DNA of 64,000 nt from the NCBI RefSeq assembly GCF_020745735.1, contig NC_083435.1, positions 35,756,121-35,820,120 on the forward strand. The letters run 5' to 3'. Made by a program: the position numbers and the translations under genes. Shown here one piece after another: positions 59,749 through 64,000 of the stretch. Positions within the stretch are counted from its first letter, which is position 1, and every line of letters starts with the position of its first letter. The notes beneath the pieces are model-generated. The model ran no database searches. It was not told the origin of the DNA and was given only the letters and a program-made list of their open reading frames with translations. Source of the DNA: Hemiscyllium ocellatum (lineage: Eukaryota).

Positions 59749-60338
59749 CTGTCAGTGACCAAGCAGGGATCAATCATCAGTAATTAATAGATAATCACCC
59801 ACTGTCTGATCAGAGAGGAAAGGGGGTGCAGTATCAGACTGAAATAAAGAGACCAGGAGTTGGTGGGGATTTGTTGCAAATGACCATAATCACAAAACAC
59901 CGATAATGTTGGTTTGACATTGAGACAAAGCCTGGATCTTACAGTAAGCCAGGTTTGCATTCCATCTTGTACCCAATCTCCACTGCACAATAAGGAGGAG
60001 AAATGTGTGCCAGTTCTCTGACAGAGAGTGCAGTACATTTGTTCTGTTTGGTCTTTGGAGGTAAGATGTACTTGTGGCTAAGGTGAGGCCCTTCAGGAGG
60101 TAGATGCATTAATCAGGCATTGTAGGGTCAATGATGAGACACATTCACTATCAAACTACTCTTCACTTACAGCTCACCCCTTGACCAACAATATACAGCC
60201 TCAAACAGGAAACCTGGCTAGCATGGATGAGTTGGGCTGAAGGGTCTGTTCACTGTATGATTCTTTGAATCTATGAGCAATCATGTCCATTCTATTGAAC
60301 AGGACAATTTCACTTCTTGGAAGCAGAACAGATATTGA

Positions 60339-60635
60339 TACGGTGGCTCAGTGGTTAGCACTGCTGCCTCACAGCACCAGGAACCCAGGTTAGATTCCAG
60401 CCTTGCGTGACTGGATGGAGTTTGTACATTCTCTCCGTGTCTGTGTGGGTTTCCTCCGGGTGCTCCGGTTTCCTCCCACAGTCCAAAGATGTGCAGGTCA
60501 GGTGAATTGTGCAGAGTGTTAGGTGCATTAGTCAGAGGGAAATGGGACTGGGTGGTTTACACTTCGGAGGGTCGGTATGGACTTATTGGGCTGAAGGGCC
60601 TGTTTCCACATTGTAGGGAATCTAATCTAAAAAAA
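60339..60635 (+). mobile_element. HE1-type SINE
   Basis: CGGTGGCTCAGTGGTTAGCACTG head and TCTAATCT tail. Confidence 0.88.
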
Positions 60636-60885
60636 CCAGTGTTGCTTGTAGTCACCAATTCTCAAATGTATTATAAAGTTCTCATGACTACACAAGGTCT
60701 CTGAGCTGTTTCCCTCTCACAGTGAACTGTAAGTAACTGTAACATGTGCACTGACATTCACTGCTGTCTTTCATGGTGACAGATGGGATGGGAGCTGGGT
60801 TGTAACATGGAGGACGTATTCATCCCATGGTTATAATATCCCAATGTTTGTGAGTGCCATAACTTATGTTGGGTGTAATGTGTCA

Positions 60886-62346
60886 CAGCTGAAAATGTGT
60901 TGCTGGTTAAAGCACAGCAGGTCAGGCAGCATCTCAGGAATAGGAAATTCGACGTTTTGAGCATAAGCCCTTTATCAGGAATGAGGAGAGTTTGCCAAGC
61001 AGGCTAAGATAAAAGGTAGTGAGGAGGGACTTGGGGGAGGGGCGATGGAGGTGGGATAGGTGGAAGGAGGTCAAGGTGAGGGTGATAGGCCGGAGTGGGG
61101 TGGGGGCGGAGAGGTCAGGAAGAGGATTGCAGGTTAGGAGGGCGGTGCTGAGTTGAGGGAACCGACTGAGACAAGGTGGGGGGAGGGGAAATGAGGAAAC
61201 TGGAGAAATCTGAATTCATTCCTTGTGGTTGGAGGGTTCCCAGGCGGAAGATGAGGCGCTCTTCCTCCAGCCGTCGTGTAGTTGTGTTCTGCTGGTGGAG
61301 GAGTCCAAGGACCTGCATGTCCTCGGTGGAGTGGGAGGGAGAGTTAAAGTGTTGAGCCACGGGGTGATTGGGTTGGTTGGTCCGGGTGTCCCAGAGGTGT
61401 TCCCTGAAGCGTTCCGCAAGTAAGCGGCCTGTCTCCCCAATATAGAGGAGGCCACATCGGGTGCAGCGGATGCAATAGATGATGTGTGTGGAGGTACAGG
61501 TGAACTTGTGGCGGATATGGAAGGATCCCTTGGGGCCTTGGAGGGAAGTGAGTGTGGAGGTGTGGGCGCAAGTTTTACATTTCCTGCGGTTGCAGGGGAA
61601 GGTGCCGGGGGTGGAGGTTGGGTTGGTGGGGGGTGTGGACCTGACGAGGGAGTCACAAAGGGAGTGGTCCTTGCGGAACGCTGATAGGGGAGGGGAGGGA
61701 AATATATCCTTGGTGGTGGGGTCCGTTTGGAGGTGGCGGAAATGACGGCGGATGATACGTTGTATGCGGAGGTTGGTGGGGTGGTAGGTGAGAAACAGTG
61801 GGGTTCTGTCTTGGTGGCGGTTGGAGGAGCGGGGCTCAAGGGCAGAGGAGCGGGAAGTGGAGGAGATGCGGTGGAGGGCATCATCGATCACGTCTGGGGG
61901 GAATCTGCAGTCCTTGAAGAAGGAGGCCATCTGGGCTGTGCGGTGTTGGAACTGGTCCTCCTGGGAGCAGATGCGGTGGAGACGAAGGAATTGGGAATAT
62001 GGGATGGAGTTTTTACAGGGGGCAGGGTGGGAGGAGGTGTAGTCCAGGTAGCTGTGGGAGTCAGTCGGTTTATAGTAGATGTCTGTGTTGAGTCGGTCAC
62101 CCGAGATAGAGATGGAAAGGTCTAGGAAGGGGAGGGAGGAGTCTGAGACAGTCCAGGTGAATTTGAGGTCGGGATGGAAGGTGTTAGTAAAGTTGATGAA
62201 CTGTTCAACCTCCTCGTGGGAGCACGAGGCAGCGCTGATACAGTGATGAACGGTTCAACCTCCTCGTGGGAGCACGAGGCAGCGCCGATACAGTGATGAA
62301 CTGTTCAACCTCCTCGTGGGAGGATGAACTGTTCAACTTCAACCTC
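60886..62346 (-). mobile_element. Penelope-like element, 5'-truncated, GIY-YIG frame intact
   Basis: 271-aa minus ORF with IYCIRCTRCGLLYIGETGRLLAERFREH. Probable TSD TGTAATGT(G/A)TCA at 60874-60885 and 62347-62358. Confidence 0.9.
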
Positions 62347-62349
62347 TGT

Positions 62350-64000
62350 AATGTATCAGAGGTGCATGTAGATGCATTGCACAGCCTTCTCCTTGGAAGA
62401 CCCATGATCACTGTATTGCAGTCTGTACTCAAACCTCATTGTTGTTTGGTGCAACCATTCAGGCATCACATGACTGAGAAGCTGTACTATTTCTAATATT
62501 TCCCACATCGAATCATCACAACCATCCAGAAAGGGTCCAGCAATGAAGATACTAGTGTTTTTTTGGCATTGTCCAAAGACAGAACAGAAAAATTCAGGTG
62601 CTAGAAAGCTAAGAGCGAGTCTCAGGCCAGAATAACATCCAGCAACTATCAAGAATGGCTAAACAGGTTTAACCTGTATCCATTCGGGTTTACTAGAATG
62701 GGAGGTGATAGTATTGAAACATACCACATTTTGAGAGTGGGTAAATGTTCAGAAGGCATTTTCATTAATTGGGAATCTTGAACAAGGGGGCATAGTTACA
62801 GAAAAATGAGACACTCATTTCGAATGGAGGTGGAAATGAATTTCTTCTCCCAGAGGATGGTGAATGTCTGGAATTCTCTATCCCAGAGATTTACAGAGGC
62901 TAGAATACTGAAAACATTTAAAAAGTGGAGGGAGATAGGTTTTTGAAATAGTAGGTAGCTGAGGGTGATGAGGAGATGAGACCTGAGACAGATCAGCTAT
63001 GACCTTGTAAATGACAGGCCAGGCTGAAGAAGGGGCTAACTGCTTCCTGCTGCTCCGATTTCTCATATTCTCGTGAAATCAGGTCTAAGTCCCCATTCCC
63101 CTTCGGGCCTTGTCAGTAATGTAAAGCACCATCAGCCAGACTGATGGAGTGCAGCTCTGTGTATGTTATCGGCTGCCACGGAGTATGTACTGGCCCAGAG
63201 TCTCCATGGCAACTGCTAAACTCTCCATGGAGACAATCAGACACATGGTATGTAGACCCAGCCCAGAAAAACTAACATCGATGGACTCTTCTAACCTTCA
63301 ATCCAATGTCTCTGAACAAACCTGCCCGCTGCTGCTATGCCTGTACAGTTTAGTGAAATCATGACTGACCAATCACCTGCTCCCTGGGACTGAGCAGGCA
63401 CTCAGTCTCTGACCATCCTCCAAATGCCAGGGGCCTGGGCTGTTCCTTCCACAACCCACTGCAGAGACGTGCCAGAGATGTGCCCACCAGAATGTGGGGC
63501 TGTGTTAACGGGAGAAAGAGATCCCACTGCAGTGAATGTTACTCACCTGGTGGGGAGTGGGAGAGGGGGTTCAGTTGGTGCACCCTCTGAGGGTGTAGTG
63601 ACGCCTCCCCAGCAGTGGAGGAGGAGCTGACACACGGAGGGGTTTGCCTCTTTGGGTGGGGGCTGTGTGGCTGCTGCCTGTAAAAGGGAAGAGTGGGCAT
63701 TCATTGTCCAATAGGTTTGTGTATACTAAGATGTTGACAGTGCTGGTGATGGATGTACAGAGCAGTCCAGATTAATGTAGCTCACTGGGTCACCAAGACA
63801 TGCAGCTATCAGTATTTCCACATGAATGGTTACACTCCTCTCCAGCAATGTCGAGGGTCTTCTCCACTTTGGGACTAAGGAGTCAAACGGTGGTGAGCTG
63901 TCACTTCCACCTTGGTTTGGTCAGCCTGAAGGTATGAGAAATTCTCCAGCAATGTGACAAAGAAAGGGAACACCAACTTAATATTTCCAATCTGATGTGA
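62350..64000. mobile_element. Possible degenerate PIF/Harbinger remnant (interrupted by CR1)
   Basis: KFRC* near 62595 resembles RFRCLD; a GC-rich minus segment with a GTGAGT donor lies at 63541. Weak. Confidence 0.25.
62665..63065 (+). mobile_element. Degenerate CR1 3' fragment
   Basis: FFSQRMVNVWNSL-type 3' segment. Confidence 0.6.

Overview
This is eukaryotic, repeat-rich vertebrate DNA. The HE1-type SINEs, CR1 LINEs and class I sequence point to an elasmobranch, probably an orectolobiform shark (inference). Host content has three parts. (1) A plus-strand nonclassical MHC class I gene (alpha1 <1-223, alpha2 3885-4160, alpha3 4277-4555, TM 17174-17281, cytoplasmic 17680-17712 and 18081-18112) that is intact except for one TAG in alpha1. 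(2) An intact single-exon 1677-codon very large interferon-inducible GTPase (GVIN1/URGCP family, 20384-25417), 2.3 kb downstream on the same strand. (3) A second, decayed class I paralogue whose alpha1 exon is on + (57683-57917) while alpha2 and alpha3 are on - (59097-59748). The rest is nested transposon debris: a decayed Ty3/Gypsy element with both LTRs fills the alpha3-TM intron, and there are many CR1 LINEs, HE1 SINEs, Penelope-like elements with minimal hammerhead motifs, a gamma/epsilon-like ERV remnant and several minisatellites. Best lead: the GTPase exon opens with a phase-1 splice acceptor that is in frame with the class I TM and cytoplasmic donors, so an MHC-I ectodomain/TM-GVIN fusion transcript is possible. 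This is a sequence-based hypothesis only. All alignments and identities were done by eye, and repeat boundaries are approximate.
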